A stretch of 38,221 bases of DNA, taken from positions 1 through 38,221 of the forward strand of contig JAEOUH010000053.1 in NCBI GenBank assembly GCA_016839365.1, given 5' to 3'. The position numbers were made by a program, and so were the translations under genes. The notes beneath the pieces were generated by a model. The model was not told the DNA's origin. It ran no database searches and worked only from the letters and a program-made list of their open reading frames with translations. The DNA comes from Candidatus Hermodarchaeota archaeon (GTDB lineage Archaea > Asgardarchaeota > Hermodarchaeia > Hermodarchaeales > Hermodarchaeaceae). This document shows, in pieces, positions 25,269 through 35,949 of this stretch; position 1 is the first letter of the stretch; every line of letters begins with the position of its first letter.

Positions 25269-26633
25269 ATGATGGTCTTAGGAAAATTAGGTTCATCACT
25301 TCACCAGGCCGTGCAGAAGCTGCTACGGTCTTCAGTAGTTGACGAGAAGTCAGTGAAAGAGCTCGTGCAAGACCTTCAACGAGCACTTCTCCAAGCCGAT
25401 GTGAATGTTCACCTCGTGATGGACCTAACGAAGCGAATTGAACAACGGGCGCTCAAAGATAAAATCGCTCCTGGTATTTCTCGCCGGGAATATGTCGTTA
25501 AGGTCGTATATGAGGAACTGACTGATATCCTCGGGCAGAAAGTCGTACCCCTCAAAGTACAACCCAACCAATCGAACATCTACCTTGTCGTCGGGATTCA
25601 AGGAAGTGGAAAGACCACTAACATAGTGAAATTAGCAAAATTACTCAAAAAAGAAGGACATACAGTTGGTGTTGTTGCAGCGGATACCTTCCGGGCCGGT
25701 GCCTATGACCAGTTGAAACAACTAGCTGACCGAGCGGAAGTTCCCTGTTTTGGAGACCCCAAGGAAAAAGATTCCATCAAGGTTGCCAAGAAAGGTGTGA
25801 AGCACTATCAAGACCAAAAAACGAAGATCATCTTGGTCGATACCGCAGGGCGCCATAAGGAAGAGACGGGCCTTATCAGAGAAATGAAGCAGATCGCCAA
25901 GGCACTCAATCCCACTGAAATTATTCTAGTCGTTGATGGTACTTTAGGCCAACAAGCCTCATCTCAGGCTGAAGCCTTTAACGCGGCAACCCCTATTGGA
26001 TCTATTATCGTTACAAAGCTTGATGGTTCAGCACGAGGCGGTGGTGCACTTTCAGCTGTTGCGGCTACTGGAGCCCCCATTAAGTACATCGGCACGGGCG
26101 AGAAAGTCAACGATATTGAGAAATTCGAACCTACAAAATTCGTTGGGCAACTCTTGGGAATGGCTGATTTCGAATCGCTTCTCAAGAAGGTACAAGATGC
26201 AGAAGCGATGCCAGACAAGGAATTGGCGAAAGCGCTTCTATCAGGTAAATTCACCCTGAAGGATATGATGGCACAAATGGAAGCCATGGGTAATGTGGGA
26301 TCAATAGGAAAAATCTTGAGCATGCTGGGTCTGGGTTACAAAGTGCCCGATGAGATGAAAGAGGTGGCCACAGAGAACTTGGAGAAATGGAAGGTCATCC
26401 TGAAATCAATGACTGAAGAAGAATTGGAAAATCCAAAGCTCATTAAAAGCTCCCGCACTGCTCGAATCGCCCGTGGCTCAGGAACCCAACAAAAAGACGT
26501 TAAAGATTTGCTCAAACAGTATCAACAGTCACGGAAATTCATTAAGACTCTTCGCAAACGACGCGGTGGTCTTCGTATTCCAGGAATGGAAGGTATGATG
26601 GGTGGTCAAAAACCTCCTCGAGGCGGTCGCTAG
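25269..26633 (+). CDS. srp54: Signal recognition particle protein SRP54
   Basis: ALLQADVN, GIQGSGKTT, DTFR, DTAGR, TKLDG, and an M domain with RIARGSG. Confidence 0.98.
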   Translation: MMVLGKLGSSLHQAVQKLLRSSVVDEKSVKELVQDLQRALLQADVNVHLVMDLTKRIEQRALKDKIAPGISRREYVVKVVYEELTDILGQKVVPLKVQPNQSNIYLVVGIQGSGKTTNIVKLAKLLKKEGHTVGVVAADTFRAGAYDQLKQLADRAEVPCFGDPKEKDSIKVAKKGVKHYQDQKTKIILVDTAGRHKEETGLIREMKQIAKALNPTEIILVVDGTLGQQASSQAEAFNAATPIGSIIVTKLDGSARGGGALSAVAATGAPIKYIGTGEKVNDIEKFEPTKFVGQLLGMADFESLLKKVQDAEAMPDKELAKALLSGKFTLKDMMAQMEAMGNVGSIGKILSMLGLGYKVPDEMKEVATENLEKWKVILKSMTEEELENPKLIKSSRTARIARGSGTQQKDVKDLLKQYQQSRKFIKTLRKRRGGLRIPGMEGMMGGQKPPRGGR

Positions 26634-27197
26634 TTGCCCCTGTTACACATTTTCCTTGAATCGCCCGCCAGTAATGAACTCACCAAAACCGAACTCGATA
26701 TTGGAATCGTAACTCACCCCTATGTAGCTATCGCTCACTGCATCCGCGCAGGATTTTGCGTCTCACACGCCCTTCGTGACTGGGTTCGGATCACCATCGG
26801 GTTTACTCAACTCGAACCTTATTCACTGACACTAGACCCCACTACAATTCGATACCTAGGCACTGACGAACGATCTATTCTCCACGTCATTCTTCGTGCT
26901 CAAGAATCCCGCCGACGCTCCAAAGTCAAGGTTCCTTATGGTGTGACCGTTCATGAAGAACCATATCAAGACCAGCTTGAAACTAGCCTTAATCAAGATG
27001 TGCTTCTCTTAATCCCAGACCAAAGGTCATCATGGCAGCCAAAGATTTCTGAATTTTCAAAATTTGCTATGTTTTGTCCACTTTCTGAGGACTGGGACCA
27101 GATTGAACAACCGCCATCAAATATTGCCTATTACCATGATTCCTTTGCCCGAGATATTGCCATTCTAGAAGTTGTTCATGCCTTAGACCGGTTGTAG
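26634..27197 (+). CDS. Divergent TrmY-like SPOUT protein
   Basis: HCIRAGFCVSHALR, IRYLGTDERS, YGVTV and the C-terminal VHALDR resemble TrmY; lies between srp54 and pus10. Confidence 0.6.
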   Translation: MPLLHIFLESPASNELTKTELDIGIVTHPYVAIAHCIRAGFCVSHALRDWVRITIGFTQLEPYSLTLDPTTIRYLGTDERSILHVILRAQESRRRSKVKVPYGVTVHEEPYQDQLETSLNQDVLLLIPDQRSSWQPKISEFSKFAMFCPLSEDWDQIEQPPSNIAYYHDSFARDIAILEVVHALDRL

Positions 27198-27245
27198 ATC
27201 GTTATGCAGAAAGACTGAAAAAGTGGCAAAGTCGTCCTTGGCTTA

Positions 27246-28601
27246 ATGACGTTGGGAAATATGGTGAATAAGGCTCAACGGATTCTTCGTCTCTTCACCA
27301 TTGATGACTGGTGTCTAGGTAGACAGTTTGCCATGCAAGGATATGGGCTGACAAACAAAGATCGAGGAATTGCGTTAAAGACCCTGCTGCTGATGGCTGG
27401 AACAGAAGCCTATCAGCGTAATCCCCAGCGAGGCATTACCCTTCTTCGTCGCCTGGCAGAAAATGGGCAATTTCATCCTGCAAGAGAGTTCCTCGAAAAG
27501 GAAGGAATAACTGAGCTGCAGTCAAGTCGGAAGTGCGATATTTGTAATGGTGTCATGGATCAACTCCCTCAAGCAGCGAAAGCCATGATTCAAGCGCTTA
27601 AAGGCTGGGAAGCAACCTCCCTTCTTATCGGAACCAAAGTCGATCCAACTATAATGGAAAAGGAGGAACAACTGCGAAGTGAGCTACAAATTGACACCGG
27701 AGAACCCATTAAGGCAGAACTAAACCGAGAGATCGGAAAACTCGTCACTGCTAAACTCAATCTGGACGTCGATTTTGATGCCCCCGATATTGTAGGGGTT
27801 ATTCAAATCCCTGGATTTATTGTTGAGCTGGAAGTCCATTCTTTATTCATCTTCGGACGCTATCGGAAACTGGTTCGTGGAATACCACAGACTCGATGGC
27901 CCTGCCGCGAATGCCGTGGAAAAGGTTGCCCACGGTGTAATCAGACTGGAAAAATGTATACTGAGTCAGTGGAAGAGCTCATCGCCCCTACAATTCTCGA
28001 ATATACAGGAGGAAAGGATGTCAAATTCCATGGTGCAGGACGTGAGGATATTGATGCACGAATGCTGGGCACAGGCCGACCCTTTGTCATTGAAGTGCTC
28101 TCTCCCCACACACGTACAATTCCCCTTATTCAAGTTGCGAATCGCATTAACAACTCAACCGATGGCAAGGTGGAGGTGAGTGATCTTCGTTTTGCAAATA
28201 AGGAAGTGGTGCAACGAATTAAAAGCACCGCTACGTCGTCCAAAAAGGTTTATAAGGCAATTGTGCATGTTGACGAGCCCATTGCCCAAAATTCGCTGAA
28301 AACCCTTCACGAGCTGCCGTTACCGCTAGAGGTGCATCAACGAACACCTCAACGAGTCAGCCACCGACGGTCAGACCGTATACGGAAAAAACGTGTCGAT
28401 GCTTTAGAAGCCGTTTTCATTGACCCCAATACCTTTGAACTGACCATCCAGTGCCAAGGTGGCCTCTACGTCAAAGAATTTATATCGGGCGATGAAGGAC
28501 GCACTGTACCAAGTATCACCAAAATCTTGGGCACACCTGCTGCATGTACACAACTCGATGTGATAGATGTAGTAATCGCGGAGGAAAAACTACCATGGTA
28601 A
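27246..28601 (+). CDS. pus10: tRNA pseudouridine 54/55 synthase Pus10
   Basis: GRYRK..RGIPQT, GREDIDARMLG.GRPF, QRTP.RV.HRR, GLYVKEFISGD.GRT. Confidence 0.97.
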   Translation: MTLGNMVNKAQRILRLFTIDDWCLGRQFAMQGYGLTNKDRGIALKTLLLMAGTEAYQRNPQRGITLLRRLAENGQFHPAREFLEKEGITELQSSRKCDICNGVMDQLPQAAKAMIQALKGWEATSLLIGTKVDPTIMEKEEQLRSELQIDTGEPIKAELNREIGKLVTAKLNLDVDFDAPDIVGVIQIPGFIVELEVHSLFIFGRYRKLVRGIPQTRWPCRECRGKGCPRCNQTGKMYTESVEELIAPTILEYTGGKDVKFHGAGREDIDARMLGTGRPFVIEVLSPHTRTIPLIQVANRINNSTDGKVEVSDLRFANKEVVQRIKSTATSSKKVYKAIVHVDEPIAQNSLKTLHELPLPLEVHQRTPQRVSHRRSDRIRKKRVDALEAVFIDPNTFELTIQCQGGLYVKEFISGDEGRTVPSITKILGTPAACTQLDVIDVVIAEEKLPW

Positions 28602-28900
28602 AACGCTCCCACGGATACCGCGTAAGTACCCGTAAACTAATGACCAAAAAAGTTCGCCAACGGGGTATGCCTAGCCTAGGCAAGCTCCTGCACACGTATA
28701 ATGAAGGCGATCGTGTTGATATCATCATTGATTCGGCAATCCATGGTGGTCAACCCCACCGACGTTTTCATGGTCGCGTGGGAATAATTCAGAGACGTCG
28801 TGGCCAAGCCTACGAAGTTGAAACCACGTTAGGAAAGAAAACGAAGTTACTCATAATTCGTCCTGAACATCTCCGCCCCAGTGGGAGCCAAACAGAATAA
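28595..28900 (+). CDS. rpl21e: Ribosomal protein L21e
   Basis: MVKRSHGYR..TR, GQPHRRFHGRVG, RPEHL. Confidence 0.96.
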   Translation: MVKRSHGYRVSTRKLMTKKVRQRGMPSLGKLLHTYNEGDRVDIIIDSAIHGGQPHRRFHGRVGIIQRRRGQAYEVETTLGKKTKLLIIRPEHLRPSGSQTE

Positions 28901-28918
28901 TCAGGGAAGGGAGCAATT

Positions 28919-29278
28919 ATGGCAAAGGAAATTATTGAATCACAGCCGCTTACTCTTGCAGAGGTTAAGTCAACCCTAGCTAAGCGTGGTAAGAAAGCGG
29001 AGCTAAGTTATATTCAAAGGGTAACTTTGGACCATACTGTGAAGTTCTCATCACTTTCACCGCGTACTGCAAAAACACTAGTCAAAAAGCTGGTGAAAAA
29101 TTACGAGATGGAAGAAACCTTAGCTATTCAAATCGTTGATATCGCTCCAACCACAACAGATGAACTCGCTTCTTTTCTCGCTCGATCTCCCCGCACTTAC
29201 ACACCTGATGAAACAGCTGACATTTTAGAGCTTCTTGTATCGTCGATGAAGAAGGAGGCAGCAAAGAAAAAGAAGTAA
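28919..29278 (+). CDS. rpo4: RNA polymerase subunit Rpo4 (F)
   Basis: LTLAEVK, ELSYIQ..TLDH..KFS, IVDIAP; conserved position after L21e. Confidence 0.9.
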   Translation: MAKEIIESQPLTLAEVKSTLAKRGKKAELSYIQRVTLDHTVKFSSLSPRTAKTLVKKLVKNYEMEETLAIQIVDIAPTTTDELASFLARSPRTYTPDETADILELLVSSMKKEAAKKKK

Positions 29279-29349
29279 TCCCCTAAAGGAAACGGGAAGA
29301 GAGATAAACCCGCTGCACCTTCAGTAAACTACTTTCATGAGGGCAAACT

Positions 29350-29949
29350 ATGACATCACGTCCACCCACGAAAAAGTTTGAGGAATATGCATACGTCCTA
29401 GATCATTTGCCACGTGGGTACCCCGAAGACACCCGGCCTATTTTCAAAAAGGATCCCATCGTTCAAGCCGTCGGTGACACCTACTTCACCCTCTTAGAGC
29501 TAGTCCCTCGAAAAGGAGCACGATTCAGCCCTCAAGAACCCATATTCATTGGACGTGACCGACGAGACAAAATCGACCATGTTAAACGACGGATCACCTT
29601 TGACATTCTAACCGCCACCGCGCGAAGTGAATTACCCTTCATAATTGAAAAGCTCGTTGAAAAATCTGAACCCCGGTTTGTTGACTTTTTCAATAATGCC
29701 CGACCGCTAACAACCCGGATGCATAGTCTCGAGCTGCTTCCCGGTATCGGAAAGAAACTAATGTGGGACATCCTTGAGGAGCGCCGAAAGGCCCCCTTCA
29801 CCAGCTTCCAAGATATCGCTGAGAGAACTCAGATTCGTGCCCCCAAAGAAATCATCGTAAAACGAATTCTCATAGAACTCGGTGCCGAAGACAAGTATAA
29901 CCTGTTCACCCGCAAACCCATTGTAGAAAAGGAACAAGATCGAAGCTAA
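29350..29949 (+). CDS. DUF655 family putative RNA-binding protein
   Basis: EEYAYVLD, FTLLEL, RMHSLELLPGIGKK helix-hairpin-helix. Confidence 0.92.
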   Translation: MTSRPPTKKFEEYAYVLDHLPRGYPEDTRPIFKKDPIVQAVGDTYFTLLELVPRKGARFSPQEPIFIGRDRRDKIDHVKRRITFDILTATARSELPFIIEKLVEKSEPRFVDFFNNARPLTTRMHSLELLPGIGKKLMWDILEERRKAPFTSFQDIAERTQIRAPKEIIVKRILIELGAEDKYNLFTRKPIVEKEQDRS

Positions 29950-29964
29950 AACGGAGCCCTCAAA

Positions 29965-30789
29965 ATGACCCCGGGATCTCTTCTCACCCGGACTAAACAA
30001 TGGCTCAGAAGAAATGATATCCGCATCTCCAAACAGCTTGGTCAACATTTCCTCGTGGACGAACAAGTACTCGAACGAATAATCAAATATTCTGACCTCT
30101 CCCAAGACGAACAAGTCCTAGAAATCGGAACGGGGAATGGTTTGCTAACTCAAGCCCTTGCTGAACACGTTCAGCAAGTTTTCACAATCGAAAAAGACAT
30201 AAAATTGTATCAAGTCCTATCAAACGAACTTGGCTCAATAAAGCAGATTACACTGATTCAGGGCGACGCTACCAAAATTGAGTGGCCCCAAACTGACAAA
30301 CTAGTAGCTAATCTTCCCTATTCAATATCTTCTCCTGTGCTATTCCGTATTTTCGAATCCAAGATCCCTTCGGCTATCCTTATGCTACAAAAAGAGTTTG
30401 GGGAGAGACTTACTGCTCAACCCAACACAAAGCAGTATGGACGATTAACAGTGATGGCAGCATACCACTCGATGGTAGAGCTATTAGAGGTGGTCGAACC
30501 TGAGGCCTTCTACCCTCCTCCGGCAGTGTCATCAGCCCTTGTTCGAGTTATCAGAAAGGACCACCCTAAATTCCTAGTTAAAGATCAGATTTTGTTTGGA
30601 CAACTGGTTATTGCACTTTTCAACCAACGCAGGAAAAAAATCCGAACCCCATTGAAGGCGTTTTTGGGGGAGGATGAGTTTCAACAGCTCCAGGATGAAA
30701 TTGCCTGGTTGGACCAACGCGTTGAGACCTTGAACCCAGAACAGCTGGCTGAAATTGCGAACATCATCTATGAGGAAAGAAGCACATGA
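29965..30789 (+). CDS. rsmA: 16S rRNA dimethyladenosine transferase
   Basis: LGQHFL, LEIGTGNG, ANLPYSIS, FYPPPAVSS. Confidence 0.96.
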   Translation: MTPGSLLTRTKQWLRRNDIRISKQLGQHFLVDEQVLERIIKYSDLSQDEQVLEIGTGNGLLTQALAEHVQQVFTIEKDIKLYQVLSNELGSIKQITLIQGDATKIEWPQTDKLVANLPYSISSPVLFRIFESKIPSAILMLQKEFGERLTAQPNTKQYGRLTVMAAYHSMVELLEVVEPEAFYPPPAVSSALVRVIRKDHPKFLVKDQILFGQLVIALFNQRRKKIRTPLKAFLGEDEFQQLQDEIAWLDQRVETLNPEQLAEIANIIYEERST

Positions 30790-31391
30790 CCCCCTCAGTG
30801 GCGTTTTATGAAGATATCTGGGTCGTTGTAGATGACGGCGTCTATGAACCTGCTGATGACACCTTCATGCTCTGTGCAAACCTTGAGATTGCACCTGGTG
30901 AAACCGTACTTGAAATTGGGACAGGCTGTGGGCTAGTCGCCATAGTAGCAGCAAAAGCAGGGGCCAAGGTCGTCGCCACTGATCAATCAGCTGCTGCAGT
31001 TCAAAACGCAAGGAAGAACGTAACGCTTCATGGATGTGGATCTCGAATTGAAATTCGGCAAGGAGATCTCTTCGACCCCATCAATACCAAGGAAACATTT
31101 ACCTTGGTTTTGATTAATCCCCCGTACCTTCCTGGTACCAAGGAAGACCCGGCATTTGATCCTGCTTGGTCAGGAGGAATCAAGGGATATGAGCTTACTG
31201 AAAGATTCCTCGATCAGTGTGTCCAATACCTTGACCCGAACGGCCGGCTCCTTTTGGTTCAGTCTTCTCTGACTGATCCCGAACACATCCAGCTTAGACT
31301 TGAGCGGCTTTTTCGCATGGTAAAAGTGAAAGACGAGAAAGCATTCTTCTTTGAGCGCTTATTAATATTTGAAGCCCAAGACCCCAAATAA
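30786..31391 (+). CDS. HemK2/N6AMT1-like release factor glutamine methyltransferase
   Basis: VYEPADDT, LEIGTGCG, NPPYLP, WSGG..G. Confidence 0.9.
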   Translation: MTPSVAFYEDIWVVVDDGVYEPADDTFMLCANLEIAPGETVLEIGTGCGLVAIVAAKAGAKVVATDQSAAAVQNARKNVTLHGCGSRIEIRQGDLFDPINTKETFTLVLINPPYLPGTKEDPAFDPAWSGGIKGYELTERFLDQCVQYLDPNGRLLLVQSSLTDPEHIQLRLERLFRMVKVKDEKAFFFERLLIFEAQDPK

Positions 31392-31450
31392 AGCCCATTA
31401 TTGATAAAATTTTAGAGTTAGTCTCTGCTGAATGGGATGTGTGGAGCCCC

Positions 31451-32617
31451 ATGCCCGTTAACTTGACCGCTGAAGCTCAAGCTGCGAAAATTGCTTATGA
31501 ACAGGCATCAGGCCTGGATGAGCGGATCGAGAAGCTTGAGAAGTTCATTTCACTTATTCCAAAACACAAATCGTCAGAGAAGATGGTTGCCCACTACAGG
31601 CATCGATTGACTGTATTACGGCAAGAAAAGGAAGACGTACGAGCGCGCCGAAAAATGGCGACCGGAGGACCGACTTACTCGCTAGCAAAGGAGGGAGCTG
31701 GACAAGTTATCCTGGTCGGTGTCACTAATTCGGGAAAAAGCGCCCTTCTAAACCGATTAACGGGAGCTAAGGCCAAGGTTGGTGATTACGAGTTCACCAC
31801 CCAACTTCCTGAACCAGGTATTTTGAAGTACGGAGGCGCAGACATCCAGATAATCGATATGCCCTCGCTGTTCGAAGGTGCTATTGACAGTAGCATCGGA
31901 AGGCAAATCCTGGGAGGGATACGCAACGCGGATCTCATCGTCTTAGTCATCGATCTTACCCGACCCCCGAAGCCCCAACTCGAGTTTCTTTTATCAATTT
32001 TAGAAGAGTCACGAATTAAACTCAACAAGCCCCCACCTCCAATTCGGTTCACCAAAACCGGGAGTGGAGGAACTAACATCGTTGGTGTTACTAACTTTCA
32101 AGGGGATCCGGAGCTAATCCGCCAATTAATGCGTCGTCGACGAATTCATAATTTCTCAATTCAATTCCGTGGTCCCGCAACCTTGGAAGATTTAATAGAA
32201 GTCATTGATAGCCGAACAACGTATGTTCCTTCAATCATTATAGCGACTAAAGGTGATTCACCTAGCAGTTCAACAAATTTTGGTGAATTACACAGGGAAT
32301 ATGGTGAGGTTTTTCCCATGTTTCCGGTTTCAGTGGAGAAGGATATAGGTATTAAAAACGCAGCAGATGGGATTTTCAAAGGGCTAAAGGTACTCCGCAT
32401 TTTTACACGAAAAAGCACAGGAGAAATTGGTGAAAAACCACTTATTTTACCCTTGGAGTCGAATGTCGAAGATCTCGCCAAACGCCTTCACAGTGAGTTT
32501 CATAAAAACTTCCGGTATGCCATCGTTTACCGGTTAAGTACTGGGCAAATGCGTAAGAAAGTCGGATTCTCCTTTGTGCTAGAAGATCAAGATGTCGTCC
32601 AAATCTTTACCTTCTAG
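31451..32617 (+). CDS. OBG/DRG family GTPase with TGS domain
   Basis: MPVNL N-terminus, G1 GVTNSGKS, G2 YEFTT, G3 DMPS, G4 TKGD, C-terminal TGS domain. Confidence 0.9.
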   Translation: MPVNLTAEAQAAKIAYEQASGLDERIEKLEKFISLIPKHKSSEKMVAHYRHRLTVLRQEKEDVRARRKMATGGPTYSLAKEGAGQVILVGVTNSGKSALLNRLTGAKAKVGDYEFTTQLPEPGILKYGGADIQIIDMPSLFEGAIDSSIGRQILGGIRNADLIVLVIDLTRPPKPQLEFLLSILEESRIKLNKPPPPIRFTKTGSGGTNIVGVTNFQGDPELIRQLMRRRRIHNFSIQFRGPATLEDLIEVIDSRTTYVPSIIIATKGDSPSSSTNFGELHREYGEVFPMFPVSVEKDIGIKNAADGIFKGLKVLRIFTRKSTGEIGEKPLILPLESNVEDLAKRLHSEFHKNFRYAIVYRLSTGQMRKKVGFSFVLEDQDVVQIFTF

Positions 32618-32703
32618 TATTGATTGCAGCCTGTTAGCACGTAAGATTAATAAGACGGCAAGATTTGCCATACTTCCTGCCCTCTCTCTTGAGGTGAATC
32701 ATT

Positions 32704-33240
32704 ATGCCTATCAGACCAGGAAAATGCTATAGACTAATCAAACGACCGCCATACACTCGGAAAGAGTACATCAAGCGAATACCAGGAAACAAAGTGGTGC
32801 TGTGGCGTATGGGTAAGAAACGAAGCCGTAACTTTGAATTAACATTGAGCTTGCTAGCGGATGAAGCAGTTCAAATTCGGCATAGTGCACTTGAGGCAAT
32901 GCGTATTGCAGCCAATCGTCACCTCACACGAATTTTAGGACCCGAGGGGTACTTCTTATGGGTTCGCACCTATCCGCATCAAATTCTTCGAGAGAAGAAG
33001 ATGATGGCCTTTGCTGGTGCTGACCGGATCCAAGAAGGAATGCGCCGATCTTTTGGTAAGCCCTTTTCGTTAGCTGCACGAGTAAAACCAGGCCAACCTG
33101 TGTTGACCTTAGAAGTCGATTACAAGAACCTGAAAGCCGCGAAGGATGCCCTCCGTCGGGCAGCAATGAAGCTTCCGACACCTTGTACCATAAATCTTGA
33201 TGAAGCTCCAGAAGAGCTGCGTAAAAAAATCGGTTTCTAG
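32704..33240 (+). CDS. rpl10e: Ribosomal protein L10e/uL16
   Basis: RPGKCYR, YTRKEYI, ALEAMR, GADRIQEGMRRSFGKP. Confidence 0.97.
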   Translation: MPIRPGKCYRLIKRPPYTRKEYIKRIPGNKVVLWRMGKKRSRNFELTLSLLADEAVQIRHSALEAMRIAANRHLTRILGPEGYFLWVRTYPHQILREKKMMAFAGADRIQEGMRRSFGKPFSLAARVKPGQPVLTLEVDYKNLKAAKDALRRAAMKLPTPCTINLDEAPEELRKKIGF

Positions 33241-33295
33241 CAAAGTCACTCTCTATCTCAGAAAATAAAATGAGTAGTGCGAACAGGCGTAGTTG

Positions 33296-34588
33296 CTAGT
33301 TTACCTTGAACTTTCGAAACTGATCTCCAGCATACCTACCTTTATCCCCTAAGTCTTGGTTGATTTTGATAAGACGATTATATTTCGCTGTTCTTTCACC
33401 TCGAGCTGGTGCCCCGGTTTTAATTTGCCCACAAGAGAGAGCTACCGATAGATCAGCAATGAAGGTGTTTTCTGTTTCTCCACTACGGTGGCTAACAATA
33501 ACAGTGTAACCGTTTGATCCCGCAAGCTTAGCCGCTTCTCTGGCTTCTGTGAGCGTGCCAACCTGGTTGACTTTGAGCAATAACGAGTTCGCCGCACCCA
33601 TATCAATGCCCCTTTGCAGACGAGCGCTATTTGACACAAATATATCATCCCCTACAATCTGGACTGACTGACCAATTAGTTGGGTTAGTTGGGCAAAACT
33701 TTCGAAATCATTCTCTTCAAAGGGATCTTCGATGGAGATGAGCGGATACTCTTTGCTCAATTCACGATAGAAATCGAAGAGATCCTGTGTTGATAAGTGG
33801 CGGCCATCAACTGCATATCCACCCTGAGAATGAAATCCAGTAGCAGCTGCATCCAAAGCTAAGCCTATCTCTTTTCCAGGTTTGTAGCCTTCTTGTTCAA
33901 TCGCAATTATTATGGCATCGAGGGCCTCGCGAGTGTTTTGTATTGGAGGAGCATATCCTCCCTCATCACCGATGTTCTTGCCTGGGGGACCATACTTTTG
34001 CGCTAGTACCTTACCGAGAGTTTGATAGACTTCTATACCTGCGCGTAAAGCTCGGTGGAAATCATCAAATCCAAAGGGCATAATCATAAACTCTTGAATG
34101 GAAAGGTCATTTCCTGCATGGGCTCCACCATTTAGGATATTCATCATGGGAACCGGTAGCACATATTCTTCACGTTGGGCAAGATATTCGAACAGGTGCT
34201 GGATGCCAGTATCTGCTGCGACTTTAGCCACTGCTAGCGATACGCCCAGAATTGCATTCGCGCCTAGATTGCTTTTGTTGTGAGTACCATCCAATTGGAG
34301 CATTATCGTATCGATTGCTCGTTGTTCTCGAGCGTCCTTCCCGATGATGGCGGGCCCAATGATTGTGGAGATATTTTTTAGTGCTTGGAGAACGCCGCGC
34401 CCGTGAAAGCGCTTTGGATCGTTATCGCGCAATTCGACAGCTTCGTATTTCCCTGTCGAAACCCCTGATGGAACCATTGCTCGCCCATATGCTTCCTTGG
34501 TGAGAACCTCTACCTGAATTGTTGGATTACCACGGCTATCCAAAATCTCCATGGCCCGAATATCTTTGATGGTATATGGATTTGACAT
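33296..34588 (-). CDS. eno: Enolase
   Basis: EILDSRGNPT, PSGVSTG, GDEGG, VGDD, LLKVNQ, SHRSGET. Confidence 0.98.
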   Translation of the reverse strand: MSNPYTIKDIRAMEILDSRGNPTIQVEVLTKEAYGRAMVPSGVSTGKYEAVELRDNDPKRFHGRGVLQALKNISTIIGPAIIGKDAREQRAIDTIMLQLDGTHNKSNLGANAILGVSLAVAKVAADTGIQHLFEYLAQREEYVLPVPMMNILNGGAHAGNDLSIQEFMIMPFGFDDFHRALRAGIEVYQTLGKVLAQKYGPPGKNIGDEGGYAPPIQNTREALDAIIIAIEQEGYKPGKEIGLALDAAATGFHSQGGYAVDGRHLSTQDLFDFYRELSKEYPLISIEDPFEENDFESFAQLTQLIGQSVQIVGDDIFVSNSARLQRGIDMGAANSLLLKVNQVGTLTEAREAAKLAGSNGYTVIVSHRSGETENTFIADLSVALSCGQIKTGAPARGERTAKYNRLIKINQDLGDKGRYAGDQFRKFKVN

Positions 34589-34687
34589 AATTTGATTACC
34601 TCCGAGTACTCAAGATTTTAGCACCTCGATGCAGTTAAGTGTTAACAATACAATGGTTCTAAAAAAGCTAGAGGGCGAGAATGGTTT

Positions 34688-35323
34688 ATGTCAGCACTTC
34701 TACCCCGAAAGCAGTTGGGAATATTGCTTAGTCAACTCAAAGGATTTCCTGATCCTAGCCCGAATATGGAGCAATATGAGGTGTCTGATGAGGTAGCGGC
34801 CACTATAGTCTTCACAGCTGCAACGTATGGAGACATTGAAGACCGGACCGTATATGATCTTGGTTGTGGCCCAGGACGCTTAGCCATTGGAGCCGCGTTG
34901 CTAGGGGCTAGCAAAGTTGTTGGGGTCGATATTGATTCGAAAGTATTAAATGTCGCAAAACAAAACGCAGTTCAAGTTGGTGTGCAAGAGCGAATCGAAT
35001 TCGTCGCACAAGCCATTGAGACACTCTCGGCCAAGGCAGATACCGTTCTGATGAACGCCCCATTTGGAGTTCAACGGGTTCATGCTGATCAACCCTTCCT
35101 CCAAAAAGCGTTGGAAATCGGTAAGGTGGTTTACTCCTTGCATAAAACCTCGGAAGGGGGGCGAAAATTCATCACCCGGTTTGTCTCAAATCTTGGAGGA
35201 CGAATCTCATTTGTTCAAGAAATGTCGATGGCACTTCCAGCGACCATGAACTTTCATGAGAAAAAACGATATACCATTCAGGTTGATTTTTACCGAATAG
35301 AAAAACAGGAGGAAACTGTATGA
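34688..35323 (+). CDS. METTL5-family rRNA m6A methyltransferase
   Basis: MEQY, DLGCGPG, MNAPFG, YSLHK, FHEK. Confidence 0.9.
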   Translation: MSALLPRKQLGILLSQLKGFPDPSPNMEQYEVSDEVAATIVFTAATYGDIEDRTVYDLGCGPGRLAIGAALLGASKVVGVDIDSKVLNVAKQNAVQVGVQERIEFVAQAIETLSAKADTVLMNAPFGVQRVHADQPFLQKALEIGKVVYSLHKTSEGGRKFITRFVSNLGGRISFVQEMSMALPATMNFHEKKRYTIQVDFYRIEKQEETV

Positions 35324-35934
35324 CCGGTCAACGTATCAAAGAGGGAGATTCGGTTTTACCCGGAGTAAAACTAGGAGTGATTGAGGAGTTCCTGCCAGGT
35401 GAGGGAACCTTTCAAGATGAAGATGACATCATATACGCGAGCATAACTGGTATTGTCCACATAGATATGAAAGAACGGAAAATCAGTGTCGAGTCGACAA
35501 CGCGGAAACCAGTATATCCAGAACGGAATGACATTGTCTTGGGTTTTGTCCAGACTGTGACCAAAAAATCGGTCATCGTGAACATCTTTCAGATTGGAGA
35601 CAAAGAATGTCCAGTTACCTTTTCTGGATACTTATTCATCAAAAACGCCGCAGGAGGTTATGTCGATCAAATGCGTGATCTGTTTGCACCTGGTGATCTC
35701 ATTATTGCACGGGTACAACAGCATGCAGATGGGCTTGCGCGCCTTTCAACGGTCGGCTCACGATTTGGAGTACTCCAAGCCAATTGTAGTCGATGCGGTG
35801 AACCCCTGCATTTACAGGGACAGCGGCTCGAATGTGTCGATTGTGGGAACTATGAACGGCGAAAACTCGCCCAAAATTATGGGAAGCTTCCCGCCTCTGA
35901 AACTCGGATAGAGAAAGAAAAAGACACAGAATAA
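35320..35934 (+). CDS. csl4: Exosome RNA-binding subunit Csl4
   Basis: VLPG..LGVIEEFLPG, S1 domain, CSRC...CVDCG..ERRKLA. Confidence 0.93.
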   Translation: MTGQRIKEGDSVLPGVKLGVIEEFLPGEGTFQDEDDIIYASITGIVHIDMKERKISVESTTRKPVYPERNDIVLGFVQTVTKKSVIVNIFQIGDKECPVTFSGYLFIKNAAGGYVDQMRDLFAPGDLIIARVQQHADGLARLSTVGSRFGVLQANCSRCGEPLHLQGQRLECVDCGNYERRKLAQNYGKLPASETRIEKEKDTE

Positions 35935-35949
35935 GGAGTCGAGGCAAGA

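Noticed and set aside
31855-31870. G3 motif DMPS instead of DxxG as evidence of an inactive GTPase
   Set aside because: G1, G2 and G4 are intact, and I recall G3 variation in this archaeal subfamily; not enough for a claim.
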